From Xylanibacter ruminicola 23 (GTDB lineage Bacteria; Bacteroidota; Bacteroidia; Bacteroidales; Bacteroidaceae), in NCBI RefSeq assembly GCF_000025925.1, contig NC_014033.1:1140001-1172000 (forward strand): DNA of 32,000 nt. The letters run 5' to 3'. The position numbers and the translations under genes are program-made. The notes under the pieces are model-generated. The model searched no databases, was not told the DNA's origin, and was given only the letters and a program-made list of their open reading frames with translations. Each line of letters begins with the position of its first letter. The stretch's first letter is position 1. This document shows positions 1 to 7,633 of this stretch, one piece after another.

Positions 1-308
1 AAATTATAGGTTGCAATCAGGAGAATGCAGCTTATCCATCAGGCTTATGTGCCGAGCGTACCGCCTTGTTTGCAGCCGGCGCTCAGTATCCCGATCAGCC
101 CGTACGTATGCTGGCCATTGCCGCTCGTGGTACTCATGGCGATCTGGAAGAAGAACCCGTTGGTCCTTGTGGCTCATGCCGTCAGGTCATCATCGAATCT
201 GAGACCCGTGCCAAAGCCCCCATACGCATTCTGCTTTACGGAAAGAAGTACGTATATGTGATTGATGGCGTAAGAGAGCTGATGCCGCTCACTTTCTCAG
301 AGTTTTAA
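1..308 (+). CDS. cdd: cytidine deaminase, 3' part (N-terminus lies left of the window)
   Basis: The frame is open from nt 3 to TAA at 306-308. The translation ..GCNQENAAYPSGLCAERTALF...PCGSCRQVIIE.. carries the CAE and PCxxC zinc-ligand motifs of cytidine deaminases. The M at 66 in the ORF track is internal. Confidence 0.85.
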   Translation, partial: IIGCNQENAAYPSGLCAERTALFAAGAQYPDQPVRMLAIAARGTHGDLEEEPVGPCGSCRQVIIESETRAKAPIRILLYGKKYVYVIDGVRELMPLTFSEF

Positions 309-1633
309 CGATAACATCCCAATCCCGCCGCTGTAGATAAAGCATCGAGGTGGAAATCGTAGTCAAGGTTGTCTTCATCAATCTTGATGAAATGGGCTTT
401 TCCTTGAATCTCATCATTGGGCGATTCCCAGATGATATCGTTGAAATGGGCTGTATCGTCAATCTTTGGTGTTCGCAGCAGACTATGGGCAAACGTATAG
501 TTAAACGCTGCACTATCTTTGGCCTGTTCGCCTATCAGCACATCATCGTCGTAACCTGTGATGATGGTTCCCTCGCACATTATATTATATAAAGGTGATG
601 TTTGGTTGGTAAAACGCAAGGCAGCCCCGCGCCCACCTGTAAAGGGATAGAATTGCGCCAAGGTGCAATACACTATTTCTACCATTCCACCGTTAATATT
701 CAGGCAGTCGCCCATCGCATTCGTCAGCTGACAGTTCTCCAAGCGCACGTGCGCATTGGTTAACTTTACGCCGTCGCCCTGACAATTATGTACCACACAT
801 TGCTGCATTTTAAGGCGATAACTTACGCTGTCGATGGCTGTAGAATCGCAAATCAAACCTTGATTAGAATTACGTATCTGTGTGGTGTTCAATACGTTAT
901 TGTTTGATGTGTTATAGAATCTGATACCCTTCCACTGACCAGGCACGCGATCGTATGGCAGATACGAGAACATACGATCCAGACGGTCGCCACGCATGGT
1001 GCAGTTGTCGGTATGCAGTGTTCCATATATCTCCATCCCAGCGTCGGCATGGAAGTAAAGTGTGGTGTTACGGATGGTGAGGTGTGCTCCTTCCTTTACG
1101 ATGAAATCTTCGTAAATCACCAAGGGCTTATCTGATTCTATCACCGAGTCGCGCTCAATCACAGGCTGCTCGCACTTGATGGCATCCCAAGCCCATGCCT
1201 TCAAACAAACGCTCTGTTCGGTACCGCTCTCCATTAAAAACACCAATTCATCGGTAATCTCTTTGGGCGCAGTCTGATAGGTTTCATACGGCGTTATCTC
1301 TACAACCACCAGAACGCTGTCGTTCTTACGAATCTCTACATCGTTGGTTTGCGAACCATTGTTGTTGTCCAGATACATGCCATCCACATTTACGCGAAAG
1401 CCGGTCTGGTTGCCGCGTTTCAAGCGTACGCTTTGCAGTTTTACGCCATTGTCATTGCGGTTGTTTACCCAGAAGGTATAGGTAGAAGACGCCGTACGAC
1501 TGAATACGGTATCGAGTTTGATAGTGTCCGAAGGAAAATCGAGGCGCAAGCCTGTACTGGTCGAGAACGAGTCGTCATCGGCGCAGGCCACCAGGCCTAA
1601 TATCAGTGGTATAAAAAAGAAAATCCGTTTCAT
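305..1633 (-). CDS. lipoprotein with parallel beta-helix-like repeats, function unknown
   Basis: 442-aa ORF. MKRIFFFIPLILGLVAC is a signal peptide plus lipobox Cys. The C-terminal two thirds has short N/G/T/C-rich repeats (VHNCQGDGVKLTNAHVRLENCQLTNAMGDCLNINGG) typical of right-handed beta-helix proteins (inference). Confidence 0.8.
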   Translation of the reverse strand: MKRIFFFIPLILGLVACADDDSFSTSTGLRLDFPSDTIKLDTVFSRTASSTYTFWVNNRNDNGVKLQSVRLKRGNQTGFRVNVDGMYLDNNNGSQTNDVEIRKNDSVLVVVEITPYETYQTAPKEITDELVFLMESGTEQSVCLKAWAWDAIKCEQPVIERDSVIESDKPLVIYEDFIVKEGAHLTIRNTTLYFHADAGMEIYGTLHTDNCTMRGDRLDRMFSYLPYDRVPGQWKGIRFYNTSNNNVLNTTQIRNSNQGLICDSTAIDSVSYRLKMQQCVVHNCQGDGVKLTNAHVRLENCQLTNAMGDCLNINGGMVEIVYCTLAQFYPFTGGRGAALRFTNQTSPLYNIMCEGTIITGYDDDVLIGEQAKDSAAFNYTFAHSLLRTPKIDDTAHFNDIIWESPNDEIQGKAHFIKIDEDNLDYDFHLDALSTAAGLGCYR

Positions 1634-1674
1634 CTTAATGATAAAACGGATTATTCTTTAATTTATTGTGTAGA

Positions 1675-2232
1675 TTACTTGCCAAAATAGCGTTTCAGCA
1701 GTCCTGCAAAGCCTGCACCATGACGGGCCTCGTCCTTAGCCATTTCGTGAACGGTGTCGTGGATAGCATCGAATCCGGCAGCCTTAGCGTTCTTGGCAAT
1801 ACGGAACTTATCCTCGCAAGCACCAGCCTCGGCAGCAGCGCGCTTCTCCAGATTGGTCTTGGTGTCCCATACGCACTCGCCCAGCAGCTCAGCAAAACGT
1901 GAAGCGTGATCAGCCTCCTCGAAAGCATAACGCTTAAATGCCTCTGCAATCTCAGGATAACCCTCGCGGTCGGCCTGACGAGCCATAGCCAGATACATAC
2001 CTACTTCGCCGCACTCCCCGTTAAAGTGTGCACGCAGATCGTTAATCATTTCTTCTGATACCCCCTCGGGCTTACCATCGCCAATACGATGAACGGTAGC
2101 ATAAGTTACGTCGCCATCGTCCTTCAGCTCAGAGAACTTAGAGGCAGGAGCCTTACAGATTGGACACTTCTCGGGAGGATTCTCGCCTTCGTAGATGTAA
2201 CCACAAACAGCGCAAATAAATTTCTTTGTCAT
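1675..2232 (-). CDS. rbr: rubrerythrin with N-terminal rubredoxin-like domain (reverse domain order)
   Basis: I moved the start to ATG 2230-2232 ([23 protein letters not shown], i.e. CxxC..CxxC). Ferritin-like diiron helices follow ([19 protein letters not shown]). The upstream 21 codons of the track ORF run into the promoter. Confidence 0.85.
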   Translation of the reverse strand: MTKKFICAVCGYIYEGENPPEKCPICKAPASKFSELKDDGDVTYATVHRIGDGKPEGVSEEMINDLRAHFNGECGEVGMYLAMARQADREGYPEIAEAFKRYAFEEADHASRFAELLGECVWDTKTNLEKRAAAEAGACEDKFRIAKNAKAAGFDAIHDTVHEMAKDEARHGAGFAGLLKRYFGK

Positions 2233-2292
2233 AATTGTAATTTGTTTAGTTATTAATACATGATATTTTGTTAGTACAATATTCTTCTGCTG

Positions 2293-2300
2293 CAAATATA
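2293..2300 (-). promoter_or_regulatory. Bacteroidetes -7 promoter box TAtaTTTG for rubrerythrin
   Basis: Plus-strand caaatata is tatatttg on the minus strand. It matches TAnnTTTG and lies 61 nt upstream of ATG 2232. Confidence 0.45.
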
Positions 2301-2303
2301 CGC

Positions 2304-2343
2304 ATAAAAAATAAATCCCGCAAGTATTTTGCAGGATTTATTT
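2304..2343 (-). terminator. intrinsic terminator downstream of the SGNH esterase gene
   Basis: Inverted repeat 2309-2323 / 2329-2343 (aaataaatcccgcaa / ttgcaggatttattt; 15 bp, 1 mismatch, 5-nt loop). A T-run follows on the minus strand. Confidence 0.6.
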
Positions 2344-2363
2344 TAAAATGTTGCGCAATTATG

Positions 2364-3185
2364 TTATTTCTTACGATATTTACTCAGTATGGGAACCTCT
2401 TGACAGAGTGCATCGGCCAGCAGATTGGCTACCACTCTGGCGCCATATATATTATAATGTGTATTGTCCTGCTTGCCCTTTGGCTCCGATGGCTCTTCGC
2501 CAGGTCGATACCACATGTGCAGCTTCTTCGACGCCTCGGTTCCCAAACCCTGCTCCAGGTTGTGGGTAATGGTGTTGGCATCTACAAAGTGGCAGTTCAT
2601 ACGGGTGGCCACATCCTTTGGTGCCACACGATACAGGCCGTGGGTATCGTAAAGCGTGTCGCCCTCAATCATTTTTACGCCATCCTTAAAGGTAGATGTG
2701 CGCAGCTTCTCGTCGTCGTCGTTCTTAGGTGCTACCACAAAAAAGTTGCGGCGCACCACCGGGTTCATCAGTACGGGAATGCCGCCACGTTCACGGGTTT
2801 CGCGCACGTATTTGGCCAGATTGTAGTCGAACGTAGAACCTGGGTCGGTATGGCGGTCGGCTTTGGGCTTCTCGTCGTTATGTCCGAACTGGATAATCAC
2901 ATAGTCGCCTGGTTTGATACGCTCCAGCACCTTGTCCCAGCGACCTTCGTCGATGAAACTCTTCGAGCTGCGACCGTTCACAGCGTGGTTGTCTACCACA
3001 ATGTAATCGGCATCAAAGCACTCCTGCAGCATCATGGCCCACCCGCGCTCCTGCTTACCACCGGTTGTGTCCTTGTTGGCAGCTGTCGAGTCGCCAATCA
3101 CAAAAATGGTGGTATGCTTGTCGGGAGTCATCGCCGTAAAGAGCAACAATCCGCCCAAAAAGAATAAAAAGGTAAGTTTCTTCAT
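2364..3185 (-). CDS. secreted SGNH/GDSL hydrolase (rhamnogalacturonan acetylesterase-like)
   Basis: N-terminal signal peptide. SGNH blocks are FVIGDSTAAN (I), VNGRSSKSF (II), QFGHNDE (III) and DNTHYN (V). Confidence 0.8.
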   Translation of the reverse strand: MKKLTFLFFLGGLLLFTAMTPDKHTTIFVIGDSTAANKDTTGGKQERGWAMMLQECFDADYIVVDNHAVNGRSSKSFIDEGRWDKVLERIKPGDYVIIQFGHNDEKPKADRHTDPGSTFDYNLAKYVRETRERGGIPVLMNPVVRRNFFVVAPKNDDDEKLRTSTFKDGVKMIEGDTLYDTHGLYRVAPKDVATRMNCHFVDANTITHNLEQGLGTEASKKLHMWYRPGEEPSEPKGKQDNTHYNIYGARVVANLLADALCQEVPILSKYRKK

Positions 3186-3206
3186 TGTTTTAATTGTTTT
3201 AGTAGA

Positions 3207-3235
3207 AATCCCCCTCCAACGTGCGGAGGGGGATT
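3207..3235 (-). terminator. hairpin terminator downstream of hisS
   Basis: Perfect 11-bp GC-rich stem aatccccctcc / ggagggggatt with a 7-nt loop, 19 nt after the hisS stop. The T-tract after it on the minus strand is short (tttct). Confidence 0.55.
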
Positions 3236-3253
3236 GGATAGTTATATCAACGA

Positions 3254-4612
3254 TTACGCAAGAATCGTTTTGATAATCTCGTCGATGGTGATCAGGCTCT
3301 GCTCACCAGTCTCCATGTTCTTCAGTGTCAGCTTGTCGGCAGCCATCTCGTTCTCACCAGCCAGTGCTACGAATGGAATCTGCTTAGCGTTAGCATACGA
3401 CATCTGCTTCTTCATCTTGGTCGAATCAGGGAATATCTCTGTGTGGATGCCAGCCTCGCGAGCCTTAGCAACCGATGGCAGACAGTAAGCTGTCTCCTTT
3501 TCGCCAAAGTTGATAAACAGCAGCTGGGTGCCGTTGGTAGCATCCTTTGGATAGCAGTCGAGTGCGTTCAACACGTCGAAGATACGGTCTACACCAAAGC
3601 TGATACCTACACCCGAGATACCAGGCATACCGAAGATACCAGTCAGGTTGTCGTAACGACCACCACCTGTGATCGAACCAATCTGTACGTCGAGTGCCTT
3701 CACCTCGAAGATGGCACCTGTGTAGTAGTTCAAACCACGAGCCAGTGTCAGGTCGAGCTGAATCTCGTTCTTCAGTCCGAGTGTCTTCAGTGTGTCGAGG
3801 ATAAAGCGTGTTTCCTCAACGCCCTTCAGTCCAGTCTCGCTGGTAGCCAGCACCTCGGCAATGGTGTTCAGCTTCTCGTCGTTGGTGCCCTCGAGCGAGA
3901 TGATAGGCTGCAGCTTCTCAATCTGCTCGTCACTCAGGCCGTCCTCGCGCAGCTCCTGGTTCACGTTATCGAGTCCGATCTTATCCAGCTTGTCGATAGC
4001 AACGGTGATATCTACAATCTTCTCGGCAGCACCGATTACCTCGGCTATACCAGTCAGAATCTTGCGGTTGTTGATCTTGATCTGAACACGTACGCCGAAA
4101 CGGCTGAATACGGTATCTACAATCTGCATCAGCTCCACCTCGTTCAGCAACGAGTCGGAACCTACGATGTCGCCATCAAACTGCCAGAACTCACGGTAGC
4201 GCCCCTTCTGTGGGCGGTCGGCGCGCCAAACGGGCTGCATCTGGTAGCGCTTAAAAGGCAACTGCAGTTCTTCGCGATGCATCACCACGTAGCGGGCAAA
4301 AGGTACGGTAAGGTCGTAACGCAAACCCTTTTCGCAGAGTTTGGCTGCCAGTCGCAGCGAGTTACGCTCAGCTAGTTCCTCGGGTGTAACCTTCGAGAGG
4401 TAGTCGCCCGAGTTCAGCACCTTAAACAGCAGTTTGTCGCCCTCTTCGCCGTATTTACCCATCAGTGTGCCGAGGGTTTCCATAGCGGGGGTCTCTATCT
4501 GCTGAAAGCCGTAGAGCTGATACACCTGTTTGATGGTATCAAAAATATAATTGCGCTTCGCCATCTCCATTGGCGAGAAATCGCGCGTGCCTTTAGGAAT
4601 ACTTGGTTTCAT
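3254..4612 (-). CDS. hisS: histidine--tRNA ligase
   Basis: 452 aa. [31 protein letters not shown], ..[27 protein letters not shown].. and ..GGGRYDNL.. are class II HisRS signature regions. Confidence 0.95.
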   Translation of the reverse strand: MKPSIPKGTRDFSPMEMAKRNYIFDTIKQVYQLYGFQQIETPAMETLGTLMGKYGEEGDKLLFKVLNSGDYLSKVTPEELAERNSLRLAAKLCEKGLRYDLTVPFARYVVMHREELQLPFKRYQMQPVWRADRPQKGRYREFWQFDGDIVGSDSLLNEVELMQIVDTVFSRFGVRVQIKINNRKILTGIAEVIGAAEKIVDITVAIDKLDKIGLDNVNQELREDGLSDEQIEKLQPIISLEGTNDEKLNTIAEVLATSETGLKGVEETRFILDTLKTLGLKNEIQLDLTLARGLNYYTGAIFEVKALDVQIGSITGGGRYDNLTGIFGMPGISGVGISFGVDRIFDVLNALDCYPKDATNGTQLLFINFGEKETAYCLPSVAKAREAGIHTEIFPDSTKMKKQMSYANAKQIPFVALAGENEMAADKLTLKNMETGEQSLITIDEIIKTILA

Positions 4613-4620
4613 ATTTTATT

Positions 4621-4648
4621 AAACATTAAACATTAAACATTAAACATT
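4621..4648 (-). repeat. heptanucleotide array A: (AAACATT)4 on plus, (AATGTTT)4 on minus
   Basis: Four perfect 7-nt units between the hisS start (4612) and the four-helix-bundle ORF. The array supplies that ORF's TAA stop (4640-4642). Confidence 0.9.
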
Positions 4649-4999
4649 GTTTTGCTTTGTGGTATTCACAATCTTAACTAATGTTCCTGTAATTCTTCCA
4701 AGATCATCCGACATCGAATCGTACTGTTCTTGGCTTATATACTTAGTTTCATACAGAAGATCAAGCCAGTACTTTGTTTCGCTGGCTTCTTTTAATGATA
4801 TGCTCATCTTGCTGACAAAGTCCATACGGCTTTGAGCAAACACACTTTCGCTGATATTAGCTCCAATACTTGTGCCGCTTCTAAGTATCTGCTTAGAAAG
4901 TACAAACTCTTTTTGCATATCCGAAAGATATTTATAGAGTCGTATAATTCTTATAGCAAACGACTTGGAATCGATGAGTATCTGATTATCAGCCTTCAT
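4640..4999 (-). CDS. four-helix-bundle protein (23S rRNA intervening-sequence protein / Avd-like family)
   Basis: 119 aa. FAIRIIRLYKYL..LRSGTSIGANISE..SLKEASETKYWLDLL matches my memory of the TIGR02436-type four-helix-bundle family. Confidence 0.8.
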   Translation of the reverse strand: MKADNQILIDSKSFAIRIIRLYKYLSDMQKEFVLSKQILRSGTSIGANISESVFAQSRMDFVSKMSISLKEASETKYWLDLLYETKYISQEQYDSMSDDLGRITGTLVKIVNTTKQNNV

Positions 5000-5013
5000 A
5001 ACAATGTATAACG

Positions 5014-5078
5014 TTTAATGTCTAATGCGCTTATATAATGTTTAATTTTTAATCTTTAATCTTTAATGTTTAATGTCT
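5014..5078 (+). repeat. heptanucleotide array B: (TTTAATN)5 at 5041-5075 plus degenerate units from 5014
   Basis: Units read tttaatt tttaatc tttaatc tttaatg tttaatg. The array is inverted relative to array A and overlaps the last codons and TAA stop of purA (5070-5072). Confidence 0.9.
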
Positions 5079-6341
5079 TACAATTGTTTGATCGCGGTCG
5101 GGGCCGATAGAGATAATCTTGATAGGAGTCTCTAACTGGGCCTCGAGGAATTTGATGTAATCGTTGAACTCTTTGGGGAACTGATCCTCGCTGGTAAACT
5201 GGGTCATGTCGGTCTTCCAGCCTGGCAGCTCCTGATATACGGGCTCGATACCATCCTCGATGTTGTATGGGAAGTAATCGATCTCCTGTCCGTTCTGCTT
5301 GTAAGCCACGCAAGCCTTGATGGTGTCGAAACCATCCAGCACGTCGCTCTTCATCATAATCAGCTGGGTAACACCGTTCACCATGATAGAGTACTTCAGG
5401 GCTACCAGGTCGATCCAACCGCAACGACGCTCACGACCGGTAACAGCACCGTACTCGTGACCCAGGTCGCGAATCTTCTTGCCTGTCTCGTCGAACAGCT
5501 CTGTGGGGAATGGACCAGCACCTACACGTGTGCAGTAAGCCTTCATGATACCGTAAACGTCGCCAATCTTGTTGGGACCGATACCCAGACCAGTGCAAGC
5601 ACCAGCGCAGATGGTGTTAGATGATGTAACGAAAGGATACGAACCAAAGTCGACGTCGAGCATAGTACCCTGAGCACCCTCACACAGCACGCTCTTACCG
5701 CTCTTCAGCAGGTTGTTCAGCTCGTGCTCTGAATCTACGATGGGAAACTGGCGCAGGTACTCGATACCCTCCAGCCACTTCTTTTCTACCTCGGTGATGT
5801 CGTACTCAAAGTTGAGCGACTTCAGGATAGCCTCATGGCGAGCCTTTGCCTTAGCGTACTTCTCCTCAAAGTTCTCAAGGATATCACCAACGCGCAAACC
5901 TGTGCGGCTTACCTTGTCGGTATAAGTAGGACCGATACCCTTACCGGTAGTACCTACCTTATCCTTACCCTTCTGAGCCTCGTATGCAGCATCCAGCACA
6001 CGGTGGGTAGGCATGATAAGATGGGCTTTCTTTGAGATGTGCAGACGGCTACGCAGCTCGTGTCCGCTTGCCTCGAGTGCCTTGGCCTCTTCCATAAACA
6101 AGTCTGGAGCCAGCACTACACCATTACCGATAATGTTTACCTTGTCGCCCTGGAAAATACCTGAAGGGATTGAGCGAAGCACATACTTCTGACCCTCAAA
6201 CTCCAGTGTATGACCAGCGTTAGGACCACCCTGAAAACGGGCAACCACATCGTACTTAGGGGTCAGCACGTCGACCACCTTACCTTTTCCTTCGTCGCCC
6301 CACTGCAAGCCCAGCAGGACATCAACTTTACCTTTGTTCAT
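5070..6341 (-). CDS. purA: adenylosuccinate synthase
   Basis: 423 aa. It carries LGLQWGDEGKGKVVD (P-loop), GTTGKGIGPTY and the GAVTGRERRCGWIDL motif. Confidence 0.95.
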   Translation of the reverse strand: MNKGKVDVLLGLQWGDEGKGKVVDVLTPKYDVVARFQGGPNAGHTLEFEGQKYVLRSIPSGIFQGDKVNIIGNGVVLAPDLFMEEAKALEASGHELRSRLHISKKAHLIMPTHRVLDAAYEAQKGKDKVGTTGKGIGPTYTDKVSRTGLRVGDILENFEEKYAKAKARHEAILKSLNFEYDITEVEKKWLEGIEYLRQFPIVDSEHELNNLLKSGKSVLCEGAQGTMLDVDFGSYPFVTSSNTICAGACTGLGIGPNKIGDVYGIMKAYCTRVGAGPFPTELFDETGKKIRDLGHEYGAVTGRERRCGWIDLVALKYSIMVNGVTQLIMMKSDVLDGFDTIKACVAYKQNGQEIDYFPYNIEDGIEPVYQELPGWKTDMTQFTSEDQFPKEFNDYIKFLEAQLETPIKIISIGPDRDQTIVRH

Positions 6342-6847
6342 TTTTCAGTTTTATTCTTGTTGTTACTCTTTTTTGTCGTGGTTGTTGTCTTCTTGCGCTT
6401 TGTCATCTTAGTCTGACAGGTACTGCACACGCCGTAAACATACAGCGTAAAGCCGTCTTTTCTGAATCGTTTCAGATGCATATTCTCCACAGCAGCTTTG
6501 ATCTCAGGCGATTTAACCTCAGTAACCTTACCGCACATGGTGCAAATCTGATGACAATGACTTTGGTTATCGTAGCAGGCCTCGTATTTGGTCGTACCTT
6601 GAAAACGGTGCCTAACTACCAGTCGGAGCGACATAAACAGATTCAGCGTATTATATAAGGTAGCCCTGCTAACGGGGAAATCCATCTCCTGTGCCAGTCG
6701 GGCTTTCAGGTCGTCGAGTGTAAAGTGCCCGTTGATGCTGTAGATGGCTCTGAGGATGGTGTATCGCTCAGGTGTCTTGCGATGATTGTTCATCTCAAGA
6801 TAGTTGTCCAAAAGCCTTTCTACGGCCACAATCACACTTTCTTTCAT
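6338..6847 (-). CDS. Fur-family transcriptional regulator with Lys/Thr-rich C-terminal tail
   Basis: 169 aa. A winged-helix N-terminal part is followed by HCHQICTMCGKV..GVCSTCQ (two CxxC pairs). The 4-nt ATGA overlap with the purA start suggests co-translation. Confidence 0.8.
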   Translation of the reverse strand: MKESVIVAVERLLDNYLEMNNHRKTPERYTILRAIYSINGHFTLDDLKARLAQEMDFPVSRATLYNTLNLFMSLRLVVRHRFQGTTKYEACYDNQSHCHQICTMCGKVTEVKSPEIKAAVENMHLKRFRKDGFTLYVYGVCSTCQTKMTKRKKTTTTTKKSNNKNKTEK

Positions 6848-6870
6848 CTGAATCTATCAAGAAAACCGCA

Positions 6871-6878
6871 CAAAGGTA
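6871..6878 (-). promoter_or_regulatory. -7 promoter box TAccTTTG for the fur-like/purA operon
   Basis: Plus-strand caaaggta is tacctttg on the minus strand, 24 nt upstream of ATG 6847. Confidence 0.5.
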
Positions 6879-6909
6879 CGCATTTTCGGGCAGATAAAAG
6901 AAACTTTAT

Positions 6910-7554
6910 TTAAAAAAATTCTAAATTAGCCCTTTTTAATGCACTTTTTGCAAGACGTTCGTATACTAATCCAAGTTCTGCAAATCTAATCATGGCATTC
7001 ATGGCTGCTTTCTTCACCATCAAGCTGTCGCCTTCGAGGGCGGCCAATGCCTGATCGATAAACTCGTTGATGCCACGCTCGTTGGGCTCCTGTTTATTCA
7101 TAAACAGACGCGACAGAATATGGAATCCGCACAGCTGATACAGCTCCTTATCCGATGCCATCCAGGTGTAAGCCTTGTCGGCAGCATAAGGCAGATACTG
7201 ATATAAATTAAATGAAGCTTGCTCTGCAATCTCCTGACTATCAGTTTGTTCCATCCAAATATCTACTACTTCAGGCAGCATCTTGTCGGCTGGCATCAGC
7301 ATGGTGGCCAATATCTTGCATTCGCGCACGTTCTCCTTCCACAACGCTATTGCTAAGTCATATTGATTAAACATTAAACATGAAACATTAAACATTTGTT
7401 TCAGTTCTTCTGCTTTATCTCTTAGCCTGGGAAGGGTGGCACCCCAGTTCAGTTTGTAGTTGGCGCCTTTATTGCGCATAGAAGCAGCAACCATTCCGTC
7501 CATCATCAGGCGGAATGATTGCTTAATCTCTTTTATCTGTTGGTTTAAATCCAT
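6910..7554 (-). CDS. DNA alkylation repair (AlkD-like HEAT-repeat) family protein carrying an in-frame heptamer-array insert
   Basis: 214 aa, all-helical. ..MRNKGANYKLNWGATLPRL.. and ..LAIALWKENVRECKILATMLMP.. resemble Bacteroidetes DNA alkylation repair proteins (from memory). Residues QMFNVSCLMFN are encoded by array C. Confidence 0.65.
   Translation of the reverse strand: MDLNQQIKEIKQSFRLMMDGMVAASMRNKGANYKLNWGATLPRLRDKAEELKQMFNVSCLMFNQYDLAIALWKENVRECKILATMLMPADKMLPEVVDIWMEQTDSQEIAEQASFNLYQYLPYAADKAYTWMASDKELYQLCGFHILSRLFMNKQEPNERGINEFIDQALAALEGDSLMVKKAAMNAMIRFAELGLVYERLAKSALKRANLEFF
7369..7396 (-). repeat. heptanucleotide array C: (AAACATK)4 inside the AlkD-like ORF
   Basis: Units read aaacatt aaacatg aaacatt aaacatt, in the same orientation as array A. 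Translated on the minus strand it gives MFNVSCLMFN. Confidence 0.9.
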
Positions 7555-7567
7555 TAATCTTAAAGTA

Positions 7568-7630
7568 TAATGTTTAATCTTTAATGTTTAATCTTTAATG
7601 TTTAATGTTTAATGTTTAATGTTTAATGTT
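7568..7630 (+). repeat. heptanucleotide array D: (TAATSTT)9
   Basis: Nine contiguous 7-nt units (taatgtt/taatctt) fill the gap between the M49 peptidase stop (7634-7636) and the AlkD-like start (7554). The array is inverted relative to array C. Confidence 0.9.
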
Positions 7631-7633
7631 TCA

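Noticed and set aside
2268-3167. 299-aa plus-strand ORF
   Set aside because: It lies entirely antisense to the SGNH esterase gene, which has clear catalytic blocks. Its composition is odd (many H/V/L/C) and it has no motifs, so it is a shadow ORF.
3443-4375. 310-aa plus-strand ORF
   Set aside because: It is antisense to hisS. The sequence is low-complexity and V/L/Q/T-rich, so it is a shadow ORF.
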